A DNA stretch of 64,000 bases from IMG/VR virus record IMGVR_UViG_3300045988_074170, one strand, 5' to 3'. The position numbers and the translations under genes were made by a program. Source of the stretch: a virus. Under the pieces are notes generated by a model, which worked only from the letters and a program-made list of their open reading frames with translations, did no database searches and was not told where the DNA came from. Shown in pieces: positions 1 to 10,426 of the stretch (positions are counted from its first letter, which is position 1; each line of letters begins with the position of its first letter).

Positions 1-85
1 TGATTAAGACAGGCTCGTTCAGGAATTTATGTTTCAACTCCTTGAACGATAAGAAATTCTTCAAACGTAAATAGGTCAGTTCCAT
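1..85 (-). CDS. Rad50/SbcC-like ATPase, N-terminal fragment (ORF leaves window)
   Basis: Minus-strand ATG at 85 opens MELTYLRLKNFLSFKELKHKFLNEPVLI. This resembles the N-terminal strand of Rad50/SbcC/gp46-type ATPases just before the P-loop. It lies directly downstream of the SbcD-like and RecA genes. Confidence 0.5.
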   Translation of the reverse strand, partial: MELTYLRLKNFLSFKELKHKFLNEPVLI

Positions 86-86
86 A

Positions 87-1049
87 CTAAATTGTTTGGG
101 TGATTAATTCTTCAAGTTCTTCAGCAAGGTCAGGGTCATTCAAGATAACCTCTCTTGCCTTTTCAGCTCCCTGTGCAAGTGTCTTTCCTTTGTACTTAAA
201 GAACGACCCTGCCTTCTCAATAACGTTTCGTTCGACGCCAACTGATAACAGCTCTGAAGCCTTATCAATTCCCTCACCGAAGCGAATGTCGAACTCGGCT
301 TTCCTGAACGGAGGCGCAACCTTATTCTTCTCAACTTTCACCTTGATGTGGTTAGCGGTTTCTTCACCACGGTCTCCAACTGTACCCGACTTCGCAATGT
401 CCAACACCTGTGAAGAGTAGAAGCCAAGAGCCTTTCCTCCCGGAGTCGTCTTCGGTGAACCGTACACCACGCCAATCTTGTCACGATACTGATTGATGAA
501 GATAACCAACTGTTGGTTCAGTTTAATATCACCAATCAATCCGGGAAGCCACGTAGCCATAAGCCGAGCCAGCACGCCCATCTTAGCATCACCCACATCG
601 GCTTCCAAATAACATTTAGGGAACATTGCCGCCACCGAGTCCATCACGATTGCTCCGATTGCTTTCGACTTAACAGCCTCTCTCATGATTTCGAAACATT
701 CTTCCGCAACTCCTGGCTGGCACAGAATAAACATCTCCGGAGATATGTTCACCCCCAGTGCTTCTACATAATCCATGTCAATTGCGTTTTCACGGTCTAT
801 GTAGAGAACCGCTTTGCCTGTCTGTTCCTGTATGTTCTTACAGGCTGTCAGAGCCAACGTAGTCTTTCCCGAAGACTCGTAGCCACGCAATTCAATGATA
901 CGACCCATCGCATAACCGCCACCAAGTGCCAAGTCGAGCGACAGGCTTCCTGACGATACGAACTCTACTCCTTGAGTATTGTTTCCCGCCACAACTTCTT
1001 TGCCGAACTTCTTTTGTAGGGAGTTCACCAAATCTTCTACTCCTGCCAT
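87..1049 (-). CDS. recA: RecA-family recombinase
   Basis: 320-aa ORF. SGSLSLDLALGGGYAMGRIIELRGYESSGKTTLAL contains Walker A; IVMDSVAA is Walker B-like. Collinear with bacterial RecA over its whole length. Confidence 0.9.
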   Translation of the reverse strand: MAGVEDLVNSLQKKFGKEVVAGNNTQGVEFVSSGSLSLDLALGGGYAMGRIIELRGYESSGKTTLALTACKNIQEQTGKAVLYIDRENAIDMDYVEALGVNISPEMFILCQPGVAEECFEIMREAVKSKAIGAIVMDSVAAMFPKCYLEADVGDAKMGVLARLMATWLPGLIGDIKLNQQLVIFINQYRDKIGVVYGSPKTTPGGKALGFYSSQVLDIAKSGTVGDRGEETANHIKVKVEKNKVAPPFRKAEFDIRFGEGIDKASELLSVGVERNVIEKAGSFFKYKGKTLAQGAEKAREVILNDPDLAEELEELITQTI

Positions 1050-2071
1050 TGCATTACTTCTTTTAATAGTTTATATCCTTCATCATATTCGTAGCCTTTT
1101 TCATCGCAAAATGCTTTGAACTTTTCGGCTATATCTGTTCCGGACAGTTCCTGAACCACTTCGGCTTCCTCAGCCTCCGTGACTTCGACATCCGTGTACT
1201 TTGCTTTCACTGAGATACCGTGTTCGGTGAAGACTTTTTTGTTGACAGCCTTAACAGCCTGTTGGTCTCCCACAAGTGTTATCCGAACGTTGACGCCATC
1301 TGTGTTCGTTTTAGCGAGTTTTAATATCTCTTCCTTTGAGGTCTTAAGGACATCAACTTTTATTTCCTTATACGGAACAAATTGAGCCTTTACGAACTCG
1401 AAGGACGTATCGCTGTACAATACCGTGAATCCCTTCTCCTCATCTTCCCCGAAGTTATTCTGACGGGTACTCGGTAGGTGAAACACGTTGGCTCCTGGTT
1501 GCTGAGCGTCATGATAGTGCCCTAACATCACCTTTCCATATTTCTTGAACAGGTTCAGCGGGATACGGTTGTTCACTACCTTTCCATCGTTATTGATAGA
1601 ACCCTGTACGGCTGTATGACTGAATAAGATTGATTTCTTTGAATGAGGAGTAGGAAGCTCCCCAAACTTCTCAAGCCAAATATCCTGACTGTAAAATGGA
1701 ACAAAATGACATTCCACACCCTGTATCTCAATAGTCGTAGGAACTTCAAACAGGTTGAATCCTGGGTGATATCTGTACTGGGTCAAGAAACTTTCGTCAG
1801 ACTCATAATCCGTCTTGTCATGGTTTCCAGGAATACAATAGATTGTTATGCCGGATGCGCTGTACAGTTCAATCATCTCTGTTAGACAGGTGAGAAGTTC
1901 CTGACGTTGGCTTAGTCTGGAGTCGAATATGTCACCGAGCCAAATTACGACCGAGACCCCCATCCGTTGAGCTAATGCTATTTCCTGTTCCGCTATATCA
2001 AGCAGTTCGACAGCATTCGACTCCTGAAGATGTTTGTCTGTACTAATTATTGCGATTGGTTCTTTATTCAT
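1037..2071 (-). CDS. sbcD: Mre11/SbcD-type nuclease (calcineurin-like phosphoesterase)
   Basis: Metallophosphoesterase motifs DKH, GDIFD, GNHD and GHYH occur in Mre11/SbcD order. Overlaps the recA start by 13 nt. Confidence 0.85.
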   Translation of the reverse strand: MNKEPIAIISTDKHLQESNAVELLDIAEQEIALAQRMGVSVVIWLGDIFDSRLSQRQELLTCLTEMIELYSASGITIYCIPGNHDKTDYESDESFLTQYRYHPGFNLFEVPTTIEIQGVECHFVPFYSQDIWLEKFGELPTPHSKKSILFSHTAVQGSINNDGKVVNNRIPLNLFKKYGKVMLGHYHDAQQPGANVFHLPSTRQNNFGEDEEKGFTVLYSDTSFEFVKAQFVPYKEIKVDVLKTSKEEILKLAKTNTDGVNVRITLVGDQQAVKAVNKKVFTEHGISVKAKYTDVEVTEAEEAEVVQELSGTDIAEKFKAFCDEKGYEYDEGYKLLKEVMQWQE

Positions 2072-2092
2072 TGTCGAAATATTTAAAATGAA

Positions 2093-2117
2093 AGTCCAAG
2101 TGTATAACGCTTGGACT
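2093..2117 (-). terminator. Intrinsic-terminator-like hairpin after 2135-3580
   Basis: 8-bp stem agtccaag/cttggact with a 9-nt loop. On the minus strand it is followed by a U-rich run (UUCAUUUUAAAUAUUU). Confidence 0.45.
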
Positions 2118-2134
2118 CTCTTTCTGTACCTGAA

Positions 2135-3580
2135 TCAAATGTTACTTTTTCTTCGCACGCGCATAGCACGGATACGGTCAATGGCACTTTGACCAGATGC
2201 GCTACCAGCGTCGGCTGGAGCTTTTACTCCGGAAGCCGGAGTTTCATCTTCTGGTTCGGGGTCGGGTTCATCACCACCGTCATTGTCCCCAGCGTACTCT
2301 TCACCACCATCGGAATCACCGTCATCAGAACCATCCCATCCGGGAACGTGTTCAATATCGTATCCGAGGTCTTCGTGTTTCAGAGCCAACTGATAAGCCT
2401 CTTCAAGTTCTTCACCCTCAAGCTCCAACTCTTCGTATCCTTCGCCGTACTGGCGAATGAACTCTTCGTTGACAACTTTCAGTTTCTCTTCCGGAGTAGG
2501 TTCAGCAGGTTTCTTCTTCGCTGCGGCTTTCTTCGGTGCAGGAACCGAAGCCTTGGCTGTCGGTGCTTTCTTAGAAGCAGGAGCTGCAGCAGGTTTCTTT
2601 TCCTCTTCGCTCGGGCCGAAAGGTAAGTCATCAGCACCAGACGGTTTGTCGCCTGTCTTTTCTTCTACCATTTCCTGAAGTTGTTCAATCATGTCAAGGA
2701 AGTCATCCTGTGCGAAAATCTGATACTGGTTAGCATCGTCGAAACGCTTCAGACCGTCAAGAGCATAATCGAAGTCTCTTTTCGTATAGCAGTCCACGTA
2801 CAGTTTCTGAAGGCTGGGGAGACCGTCAAGTTCTTCCAATACCTTGTCAGGAACAGCGTTCTTGTCGAAGTAGTCTTCCCAAGTCTGACCCATTTTCAAC
2901 GGCAACGATTTCAGTGTTTCTACTGTCTTGTTATTGTCGTCTTTTTCACGACTCCATTGAATAGGGAAGCCAGTTGACGGGTCGCTGAACATATCCACAG
3001 CAGCGGTGTCGTTCTGGGCACAAAGGTCAGCAGACTCTTTGTTCAGTGCTTCCATCTGTTTCGGTTTCAGGCTGTCTCGCCAAATCTTTCCTTCGATGAG
3101 CGCATAATACACGTATTCCAATTGAGGACGAATTCCCGGAACCCACGTACCGTTCTTTCCACCCATACGATAACCCGTAATCGGGTTCAGGAAGCGAGCA
3201 CGTTCTTCTTTGTCCTGGAACTGTTCAGCCTGTTCGTAGACACGCTTGATGTACTCTTCGATGATGTCGTACGGATAACCACCGTGAAGCGTCGCCAAGA
3301 AGATTTTCTTGTTTGAGATTTTCTTCCCGATAACTTTTCCTTCCTTGTCCTTTTCGTCGACTTCACACTTGAGCATCGCTGTCAGCATAGGCACGTAGGG
3401 AGAGTCTCCTGGTTCGTGTGCCGGAAGAACACGTTTCACGGTGATACCGTCTCTTTGTTTCCAGAATTGTGCATAATCACCTTTACCACCAAAATAGGTG
3501 TCGAACTGTTTGGTTTGCTGAACCGTCTCACTAACAGTTGAGAGCGGTGCTGCCTTCCATTTACTTCTGTCTAATGGCAT
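2135..3580 (-). CDS. Putative ssDNA-binding protein (gp32-like?) with K/A/P-rich linker and acidic tail
   Basis: 481-aa ORF. Contains the K/A/P-rich stretch KKPAAAPASKKAPTAKASVPAPKKAAAKKKP and a strongly acidic tail DGSDDGDSDGGEEYAGDNDGGDEPDPEPEDE, as in phage SSBs. Sits among recombination genes. The function is inferred. Confidence 0.35.
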   Translation of the reverse strand: MPLDRSKWKAAPLSTVSETVQQTKQFDTYFGGKGDYAQFWKQRDGITVKRVLPAHEPGDSPYVPMLTAMLKCEVDEKDKEGKVIGKKISNKKIFLATLHGGYPYDIIEEYIKRVYEQAEQFQDKEERARFLNPITGYRMGGKNGTWVPGIRPQLEYVYYALIEGKIWRDSLKPKQMEALNKESADLCAQNDTAAVDMFSDPSTGFPIQWSREKDDNNKTVETLKSLPLKMGQTWEDYFDKNAVPDKVLEELDGLPSLQKLYVDCYTKRDFDYALDGLKRFDDANQYQIFAQDDFLDMIEQLQEMVEEKTGDKPSGADDLPFGPSEEEKKPAAAPASKKAPTAKASVPAPKKAAAKKKPAEPTPEEKLKVVNEEFIRQYGEGYEELELEGEELEEAYQLALKHEDLGYDIEHVPGWDGSDDGDSDGGEEYAGDNDGGDEPDPEPEDETPASGVKAPADAGSASGQSAIDRIRAMRVRRKSNI

Positions 3581-3607
3581 AATACTAAATTTTTAAAATG
3601 TTGATAA

Positions 3608-3934
3608 TTATCTGTTTTCCTTCACTATTCGTGTAACGTCTTCGAGGAACTTCTGTTCGTAACTCTTAATAGATTCCATCAGTTCGATGATGTCCTCAGC
3701 CTCTTGTCCGGCACATTTGTTGGCGATTGACTGTAATGCTCTCGGGAGCGTACAACCATAAGCCATGTCATCCATTTTTCCATTAGGATGGCGAGGACTG
3801 TCAGACTTCTTTAATTGGTAAACGTCATAACTTGATGCGTGACTTTCAACTGGTTTCAGGTAGAATCCGTCTGTGACTTTGATGTAACCTTTGAATTCTT
3901 CTACTGCGCTGGATTGAACTGTTTTCTTTGCCAT
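3608..3934 (-). CDS. Hypothetical protein
   Basis: 108-aa ORF, co-oriented with its neighbours, with a TAnnTTTG box upstream. Confidence 0.55.
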   Translation of the reverse strand: MAKKTVQSSAVEEFKGYIKVTDGFYLKPVESHASSYDVYQLKKSDSPRHPNGKMDDMAYGCTLPRALQSIANKCAGQEAEDIIELMESIKSYEQKFLEDVTRIVKENR

Positions 3935-3974
3935 AATTCTAATTATTTGAATGTTTAACTTAAATTTGATGATA

Positions 3975-3982
3975 CAAAGGTA
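3975..3982 (-). promoter_or_regulatory. Bacteroidota-type -7 promoter box (TACCTTTG)
   Basis: Plus-strand caaaggta reads TACCTTTG on the minus strand, 41 nt upstream of the ATG at 3934. Confidence 0.45.
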
Positions 3983-4033
3983 ATGGAATCATTCGAATTA
4001 TCAAAGAAGTTCCCCGAAAATTCTTCGAAAAAT

Positions 4034-4582
4034 TTATTTGAACCCTGCTTTCTTGATAAAGAAACTGTTTACTTTACCCTCTACCAATTCCCCGAGGAAC
4101 TCCGTTGGGGTGACAGGTTTAAGGAGATTGTTCAGTTTCTTAGACTTGTCCTGAACCGCCCACTGAAGTGCGTCAAGAACACTGAAATTCTTCTGAGCGT
4201 CAATATACGCAATACAGAGATTCTGATAGTCTTCGTCAAGTAGGAGAGCCTCGTCAAGAGCCTTTTCCGACAACTTGATTTCCTCAACTTCCCCGTCTTC
4301 CAAAGCCAACGTGAACTTTCCGCCATTACGGTTCGCCTCGCGACGCCATTCCTTCTTTGTCTGGGCTTCGTAAACCTCTTTCTCGAGTTTACATTCCGCG
4401 ACTTTCTTTTCGGCTTCAGCACGGAGCAACCCTACTTTGTTCAGGAGCGCACTGACTGTAACCGCTTCACCATATAAATTGCTGTACTCAATAGAAGTGA
4501 GTTTATCAATGTCAACCGTGTCCTCAAATCCATTTGTTTGTAATGTCACTGGGACATCATTGAAATGCACAAGAATGTTCAT
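4034..4582 (-). CDS. Hypothetical protein (coiled-coil-rich)
   Basis: 182-aa ORF, co-oriented and tightly packed next to dnaE. Confidence 0.6.
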   Translation of the reverse strand: MNILVHFNDVPVTLQTNGFEDTVDIDKLTSIEYSNLYGEAVTVSALLNKVGLLRAEAEKKVAECKLEKEVYEAQTKKEWRREANRNGGKFTLALEDGEVEEIKLSEKALDEALLLDEDYQNLCIAYIDAQKNFSVLDALQWAVQDKSKKLNNLLKPVTPTEFLGELVEGKVNSFFIKKAGFK

Positions 4583-4609
4583 AATTTTCTTCCTTTTATC
4601 TTAGTAAAT

Positions 4610-7600
4610 TTATAACGTCAAAGTAACGATATTCGACTCGAAACAGGCTCTCAGCGTGTTCACCTCTTTACGGTTGTCGTAGGAAAGGATACCATTGATG
4701 AGTATCAGGTTCGCTCTTCCGCACGATAACAGGGGTTCCAACTGTTCGTATTCCTGCTGGAATATCACAATTTCGATGAACTCGTAGTTCTCCTCTAATA
4801 TCAAACGACACATCGTATCCCCCTTGCGGGTCTTCTTAATCTCCATTTCAGCGATGAACCCAGCCAACACGACGTACCCGTTATTCGGCTTCACTTCCGT
4901 GTCGTGACACTCCTCAAGAGTAGCATATTCGTAGGCATCAGGGAACTCCCCAGCGAACCTGTCATATATTTTCTGGTAATCAAAGAACGCCAGTCCGGAT
5001 ACTTTCTTTTGTAGGAGTGCCCACCACCACGCGTCATTGGCGTGGAAGTCGGCTCCAACTAATACAGGGTCATCTTCCTTGACATTTCCCTTCGTTGTTC
5101 CGAGGAAGTGTACAAACAGGTCTATTCGTTCCTGGGGTTTCTTTACCCCCTCAAGACTGTCGAACGCTCCTGCCAATATCAAGTTTCTGATGATACGACT
5201 GTTCACTGCTGAACCCTTCCATTTATGTCGGGTGATAAAGTCGTCTAATGACCAATATTGACCGTTCTCTGTGCGTTCCTTTATAATCTGGGTTGCAGCC
5301 TTTTCTGCGACCTGTTTGACTCCTGTAATTGACCAATACAAGGCTTTCTCTTTGAAGTTGATAACAACATCGGTATCCGATATATTGATATCCACAGGAC
5401 GTACCGTACAGACTCCCGTTTTATTGATTTCCGCAATATAGCGTGAATAGTCAGACTCCATCGCATATTTAAACGCCACCGACCAATACTCAATAGGATA
5501 GTGAACCTTTATCCACTGAGAGATATAGCCTGTAATTGCATAGGCAGCAGCGTGGCTTCGGTTGAACAGGTACGTCGAAGCCTTATCAATAGCGTCCCAC
5601 ACCTTTTCGGAGTATTCCTGGGTGACGTTATAGTTGTCCCGATAGTAAGGAATAAACCGTTCTTTGTACTGCTGGAGAGCCTCGTATTTCTTCTTCACCA
5701 TCGCTTTACGAACGTCATCGGCTTCCACCAACGACAGCCCACCCAACTCACGACAGAGTTGCATGATTTGTTCCTGATAGGCAAATACTCCATACGTGTT
5801 ATTCAGTATCTTGTCCGTTCCGGTGAAATACTCAACCTCCTTCTGACCCTCTTTACGGGAGACGTACTCGTTATGGAAGTTGTTCTCCATTGCTCCTGGG
5901 CGATACAATGAAATAGCAGCGATAAGGTCTTCAATATTGTCTGGCTTCATCTGACGACAATAACCTGTCAATCCGGAACTACCAAAGTGGAAGTTATCCT
6001 CGTTCCAACCATTCTTGAAATACCTGTACACCTCTGGGTCATCCAACGGCACACTGAAGATGTCTAAATCCACACCCTCGTGCTCCTTCACCAGCCGAAC
6101 CATGTCCTGGAACTTGTCGAACTGTTTCACACCCAGCACGTCCTCTTTTAGGAAGCCAGCAGCATCCATCTCACCACCTTCCCACTCGGTTACATACTCC
6201 TCGCCATTCTTACGAATAGGAACCCAATGAAACATATCGTGTTCCTCTGGGAATACCATCATCGCACAGGCATGAATTGACTGAGCCTTTGGTGCGGGCA
6301 TTATCAGCATCACTTCATTGATGAGGTCGGAATGTTCAACGACAAAGTTCTTCACTCGTGAATGAGCACAGGCTATCTTGAACAGGTCTTCAGGCTTCCT
6401 GTCCTTGACGTCAAACACTTTCATCATTTCGTTCGTTTCCTGGAAGTCCAACCCGTACACACGAGCCATATCCTTGATGGCTGCTCGTAACTGTAATGCG
6501 CTGTAAGTTCCCACGGAACACACCTGTTTCCAGCCGTACCGTTCTTCCATGTATTTCTTCACACGGGGACGGTCTTCACCAGGATAGTCGCAGTCAATAT
6601 CAGGGAGTGATACCTTAACACGTCCTGCGTTCAAGAAACGCTCAAAGAGTAGGTCGTATCGCATTGGGTCTAACTTGGTAATCCCCAACAGGTAGGAGAC
6701 AAGACAACCACCAGCCGAACCACGACTGATACCCGTCATTATACCGTTACGATGGCACCAGTTGATAATGTCCCAAGTAATTAGGAAGTAGTCAATTGCT
6801 TCCCCTAACTTTATAACACCCACCTCTCGGTCTATTCGTTCCATAATGACCTTTTCACCCCAATCCTCAATGAGGTCTGGGTGACGCTCAAGACCGTCGG
6901 CTATAAGAGACCAAAAGAGGTCTTCATTTGTTTCGAACTGTTTTGCCTCTTCCTTTGTCATCTTATAGTGAGGCAAGTGTCTCTTCTTTACGTCGATGAC
7001 AAAGGTTATCGCCTCAGCAATGTTTTCGAGGAATTCCAACCCTTCCATGAAACGGCTGTACACGTCCATGAACCCTTCTTCGGTATCCGGAAACATTTGA
7101 GCCAACTCAACAAACAGTTGGTCGTTCGATTTAAAGTATTGATTATCGCTCTCGTAGGCAGTTGTTCCACCAATACTATGTAGGCGAGGTCTGATACAAC
7201 TGTACTCCTCGTCAAGATACCACGCATCAACCGACGGAACGGGTAACAGGTTCTTGTCCTTGAAGAATTTCTTCAGGTTCGTCAGATACCATTCGTCACG
7301 GTTATCATCTACATATTCGCATGGGTCTAACTGATAAACGGCAGCGTCTATATGCAAGTCTTTCAACTTGTCGTAATCCGTTGTCTTCGGGTCAAGAAAC
7401 ATAATCAAATCATCGTTGTTAGTGGTGATTTTATTGAAATCCTCAAGACCGATGTACTTCGGATTGTCACAGTTGATGAACTTGTTTATAGTAAGGAGGT
7501 CTCGCCAACCCTTGTCGTTCCTTGCGTACACCTTAACAGTGAAGCGGAAATCCCGAGGCTGGTCATATACCACACACTCCATACCAATCACGCTCTTGAT

Positions 7601-8110
7601 GTCGTTCTTCTGGCATTCCGCTTGGAACTTCAACGCTCCGGCAAGTGAATTCTTTTCACAGATACCCAACGTCTTCACTCCAAGAAACTTTGCCTTCTTA
7701 CACCAGTCGGCATACGTTCCCGTCCCGGACATCATTTCATATTGACCATGAACTCCCAAGAATACAGGGGTTTCAATTTCCTGTTTCGCCTGACCGATAT
7801 ATTTCAGCCGTGTGAGTTTCACGTCATTCTCTTTACCTTTGGCGAGCATATAATACACTCCTCCAAAACTGAATGCGTAGAAGTCACATGATGTTTCGAC
7901 GGATTCCTCTCCCGAGCCTTTACGCTTCGGGTCGGCAGGAATACCAACAAAGTTGAACCCGTCATCAAACAGTGCACCGTCATACGCTGGCTGATACAAT
8001 TCAAAGGTCTTCCCTCCTATCTCGACCACATAGTCAGAAATAGGAGCGAAGTCCATTAAATTCTTCTCAAGATATTCTTTGAATTTATCCATTGATTTTC
8101 TGCTTAACAA
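4610..8110 (-). CDS. dnaE: DNA polymerase III alpha subunit (DnaE-type, N-terminal PHP domain)
   Basis: 1166-aa ORF. PHP-like start FLGVHGQYEMMSGTGTYADWCKKAKFLGVKTLGICEKNSLAG. Contains GISRGSAGGCLVSYLLGITKLDP and PDIDCDY, which match the polymerase palm signatures of DnaE. Length is typical of DnaE. Confidence 0.9.
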   Translation of the reverse strand: MLSRKSMDKFKEYLEKNLMDFAPISDYVVEIGGKTFELYQPAYDGALFDDGFNFVGIPADPKRKGSGEESVETSCDFYAFSFGGVYYMLAKGKENDVKLTRLKYIGQAKQEIETPVFLGVHGQYEMMSGTGTYADWCKKAKFLGVKTLGICEKNSLAGALKFQAECQKNDIKSVIGMECVVYDQPRDFRFTVKVYARNDKGWRDLLTINKFINCDNPKYIGLEDFNKITTNNDDLIMFLDPKTTDYDKLKDLHIDAAVYQLDPCEYVDDNRDEWYLTNLKKFFKDKNLLPVPSVDAWYLDEEYSCIRPRLHSIGGTTAYESDNQYFKSNDQLFVELAQMFPDTEEGFMDVYSRFMEGLEFLENIAEAITFVIDVKKRHLPHYKMTKEEAKQFETNEDLFWSLIADGLERHPDLIEDWGEKVIMERIDREVGVIKLGEAIDYFLITWDIINWCHRNGIMTGISRGSAGGCLVSYLLGITKLDPMRYDLLFERFLNAGRVKVSLPDIDCDYPGEDRPRVKKYMEERYGWKQVCSVGTYSALQLRAAIKDMARVYGLDFQETNEMMKVFDVKDRKPEDLFKIACAHSRVKNFVVEHSDLINEVMLIMPAPKAQSIHACAMMVFPEEHDMFHWVPIRKNGEEYVTEWEGGEMDAAGFLKEDVLGVKQFDKFQDMVRLVKEHEGVDLDIFSVPLDDPEVYRYFKNGWNEDNFHFGSSGLTGYCRQMKPDNIEDLIAAISLYRPGAMENNFHNEYVSRKEGQKEVEYFTGTDKILNNTYGVFAYQEQIMQLCRELGGLSLVEADDVRKAMVKKKYEALQQYKERFIPYYRDNYNVTQEYSEKVWDAIDKASTYLFNRSHAAAYAITGYISQWIKVHYPIEYWSVAFKYAMESDYSRYIAEINKTGVCTVRPVDINISDTDVVINFKEKALYWSITGVKQVAEKAATQIIKERTENGQYWSLDDFITRHKWKGSAVNSRIIRNLILAGAFDSLEGVKKPQERIDLFVHFLGTTKGNVKEDDPVLVGADFHANDAWWWALLQKKVSGLAFFDYQKIYDRFAGEFPDAYEYATLEECHDTEVKPNNGYVVLAGFIAEMEIKKTRKGDTMCRLILEENYEFIEIVIFQQEYEQLEPLLSCGRANLILINGILSYDNRKEVNTLRACFESNIVTLTL

Positions 8111-8732
8111 GTTCCGTTATATCGTCACCATCCTTACAACCCAACGACAGGAAGTATTGAGCAAACTTCTCGCTGACATGGTCATTCAATTCATAGGAGT
8201 CCGAATGATAATCACAGAAGTATATCTGAACTTCTTTACCTGTCGCCTCGGCAACCTTGAAGATAGCCTCAGCCTCACAGTCGAAACGCAATGAGCCAAA
8301 CACGATATCGCACATAAGAGCGTCTTCTTCAGACATCTTTGCCCAACTGTTCGTAACAGCGTTTGCCGTCCAACGTGCCCATACGTCTTCTCCAGCCAAT
8401 GACTTGAGATATTCGCCTGTACGCCGTAACAGTTCACGACCCTCAACCCGTACCGAGTCAAGAATATTAGGAGACTCTTCTTGAGGCTTGAACGGTAACA
8501 AGATGTCGCTGCTCAACTGTTTCCACTTCGCATACGCTTCACCCGTACAGTCAATCTTCTTTGATTCCCCTGTAAAGATGTTCATCAACGTCTGGCGAAT
8601 TCCTTCACTGAAATCTCCCATAATCATGGGTCGTTCTTCACACGCAGCACCAACCATAAGTGCTTCTGCTTGGTACGATTTACCGGAGCCAATAACCCCT
8701 ACCAAGCCATATATCTTTCCTTTAAGGCTCAT
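8085..8732 (-). CDS. P-loop NTPase, deoxynucleoside-monophosphate-kinase-like
   Basis: 215-aa ORF with Walker A GVIGSGKS near the N-terminus. Lies in the nucleotide-metabolism cluster. Substrate unknown. Confidence 0.45.
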   Translation of the reverse strand: MSLKGKIYGLVGVIGSGKSYQAEALMVGAACEERPMIMGDFSEGIRQTLMNIFTGESKKIDCTGEAYAKWKQLSSDILLPFKPQEESPNILDSVRVEGRELLRRTGEYLKSLAGEDVWARWTANAVTNSWAKMSEEDALMCDIVFGSLRFDCEAEAIFKVAEATGKEVQIYFCDYHSDSYELNDHVSEKFAQYFLSLGCKDGDDITELVKQKING

Positions 8733-9261
8733 ATTGATTCATGAATTTTTGAATGCTCTTGAAGAGTTTCCAGCCGTCCGTGTACTTCTCCAACAGTTGT
8801 TCGCAGTTTGTGATACAAGTCAATAACTTCTTGGACGTGTTTCCCAGAGCCTGTTCGCTCTTACAGAATATCCATAAGTCCAAATAATCACAGGTCTTGA
8901 AAAGACGGTACTGGAGGTCAGTCATTGTCTTCTTAATTTCTTCATCGGAATACGGCAACAGGTTCACGTCGCCATAACAGATTTCGTATTCAATGATATC
9001 CCATGCCGCAGCCGTGTTCTCATTGAATTTCTTTACGCACGCATTGAGGTCGCCTGTAACACTTTCCACGTAGTCGTGGAGTAACACCTTGTCAAACACG
9101 TTGATGTCGTAAGCAACGTCCTCTTCTGAGGCAAACCAACGAAATAACATGCCTACCACCAACCCATGCTCCAAGAGGTTGTACCCCCTGTGATGGGGGG
9201 TATTAGGCAACCTCTGGATGTCTTTCATCCCTAACAGGATGTCAATCTTCTTGAAATTCAT
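8722..9261 (-). CDS. HD-domain phosphohydrolase (nucleotidase/dNTPase-like)
   Basis: 179-aa ORF with H...HD...D metal-binding motifs (LLEHGLVVG, VLLHDYVESVTGD). Confidence 0.6.
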   Translation of the reverse strand: MNFKKIDILLGMKDIQRLPNTPHHRGYNLLEHGLVVGMLFRWFASEEDVAYDINVFDKVLLHDYVESVTGDLNACVKKFNENTAAAWDIIEYEICYGDVNLLPYSDEEIKKTMTDLQYRLFKTCDYLDLWIFCKSEQALGNTSKKLLTCITNCEQLLEKYTDGWKLFKSIQKFMNQYEP

Positions 9262-9293
9262 AACTAAATTGTCTTTATTTTAGTGGATAATTC

Positions 9294-10412
9294 TTATCCG
9301 ATGAACAGTTCGTTCAGTAACGGGTTCCGGAACTCTACCAACTGTTTTGTCCAATAACGGAAGATAACCTTTGCCCAGTCAGAGAACATCTCATCTTCAA
9401 ACTTTTCAATATCCGCACGCAATAACTCGAAGTCCTGTTCTGTACGGTTTTCACTGTTACGACAGTTTTCTTCGAACTGGCTCAACTGAGCGATAAGCGC
9501 ATCGAACTCCTCTAAAGTTTTAAACGTCGTCTTATAGGAAAAGTTTACTCCGGAAGGATACGAATTTGGGTCTCTTTTAGCGATTTCTTCAGCCAACGGA
9601 ATGAAGTCCTTATAGACATGAAGATTGTCTGCCTTGTGGTAATATTTCCCGACAGGCACGCCCACTATCGCTGCGACGTACTCCTGCATCAATGTAAAGT
9701 TGAACACGTTCACCGCACTGAACCCCCAGATAAGGTCATTCGAACGGATATCCACGTAACAGTTCATCTTTCCATTCACTATCATGAAGTGGATTGAACG
9801 GGTACACGGTGTATCCTTTGTGAGGAGCAATGGAGCCTTTTCCCCGTCCTCTTCATTCTGATTGAAGTTGTCAGAGATAGGGTCGTGAATTGTGATAACC
9901 GCTTCACGGGTATCGATGTCCTGCTTGAACTTTTCAATGACGAACCGTAATTGGTCAGTCACGTTCTGGTACAGTCCGGGAGCCTTCAATTTTGAATAAC
10001 GACCGTTTTCGTCTGCTTTACCGTTCTTATACTGTCGCGGAAGTAACTTTCCGGACAATGTTACCATCGAATCAAAATTGTCCCCGTAACGACGTATTCT
10101 GGGTCCATATCCCGCTCTCATGAACTTCCCATCATCTGAAAAGTTTACAAGGTTCTTCACGTAGGAAGCAGGCATCTCAAGACTGTTATCCCCACGAGCC
10201 AACCACAGGGACTCAATCCACCCCAATGTTTTGTTCCATTTACGCTCCGGAACACGAACATAGCGGTCGGTCGGATTAGTTATCTCAATGAGGACGGCTC
10301 CAGGGAACTCACGACATTCGAACCCTCTTCGGGTAACGTCAATCCCTTTATCCATCAATTCCTTACAAAGTAGCACCAGCGCACTACTCAAATTTTCTGC
10401 TTGAAAATACAT
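9294..10412 (-). CDS. Thymidylate-synthase-fold enzyme, candidate dUMP/dCMP hydroxymethylase
   Basis: 372 aa. TPCTRSIHF resembles the catalytic PCH..QF motif. RSNDLIWGFSAVNVFNF resembles RS.D..LG.PFNIASY. It is roughly 100 aa longer than canonical ThyA. Confidence 0.7.
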   Translation of the reverse strand: MYFQAENLSSALVLLCKELMDKGIDVTRRGFECREFPGAVLIEITNPTDRYVRVPERKWNKTLGWIESLWLARGDNSLEMPASYVKNLVNFSDDGKFMRAGYGPRIRRYGDNFDSMVTLSGKLLPRQYKNGKADENGRYSKLKAPGLYQNVTDQLRFVIEKFKQDIDTREAVITIHDPISDNFNQNEEDGEKAPLLLTKDTPCTRSIHFMIVNGKMNCYVDIRSNDLIWGFSAVNVFNFTLMQEYVAAIVGVPVGKYYHKADNLHVYKDFIPLAEEIAKRDPNSYPSGVNFSYKTTFKTLEEFDALIAQLSQFEENCRNSENRTEQDFELLRADIEKFEDEMFSDWAKVIFRYWTKQLVEFRNPLLNELFIG

Positions 10413-10426
10413 AAGTCTTTCTTGAT

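Noticed and set aside
3961-4243. Plus-strand TAAATTTG box at 3961-3968 followed by an 86-aa plus-strand ORF (3983-4243)
   Set aside because: The ORF overlaps the 3' part of the better-supported minus-strand gene 4034-4582 and has no recognisable features. The box is probably a chance or bidirectional element paired with the minus-strand TACCTTTG box 7 bp away.
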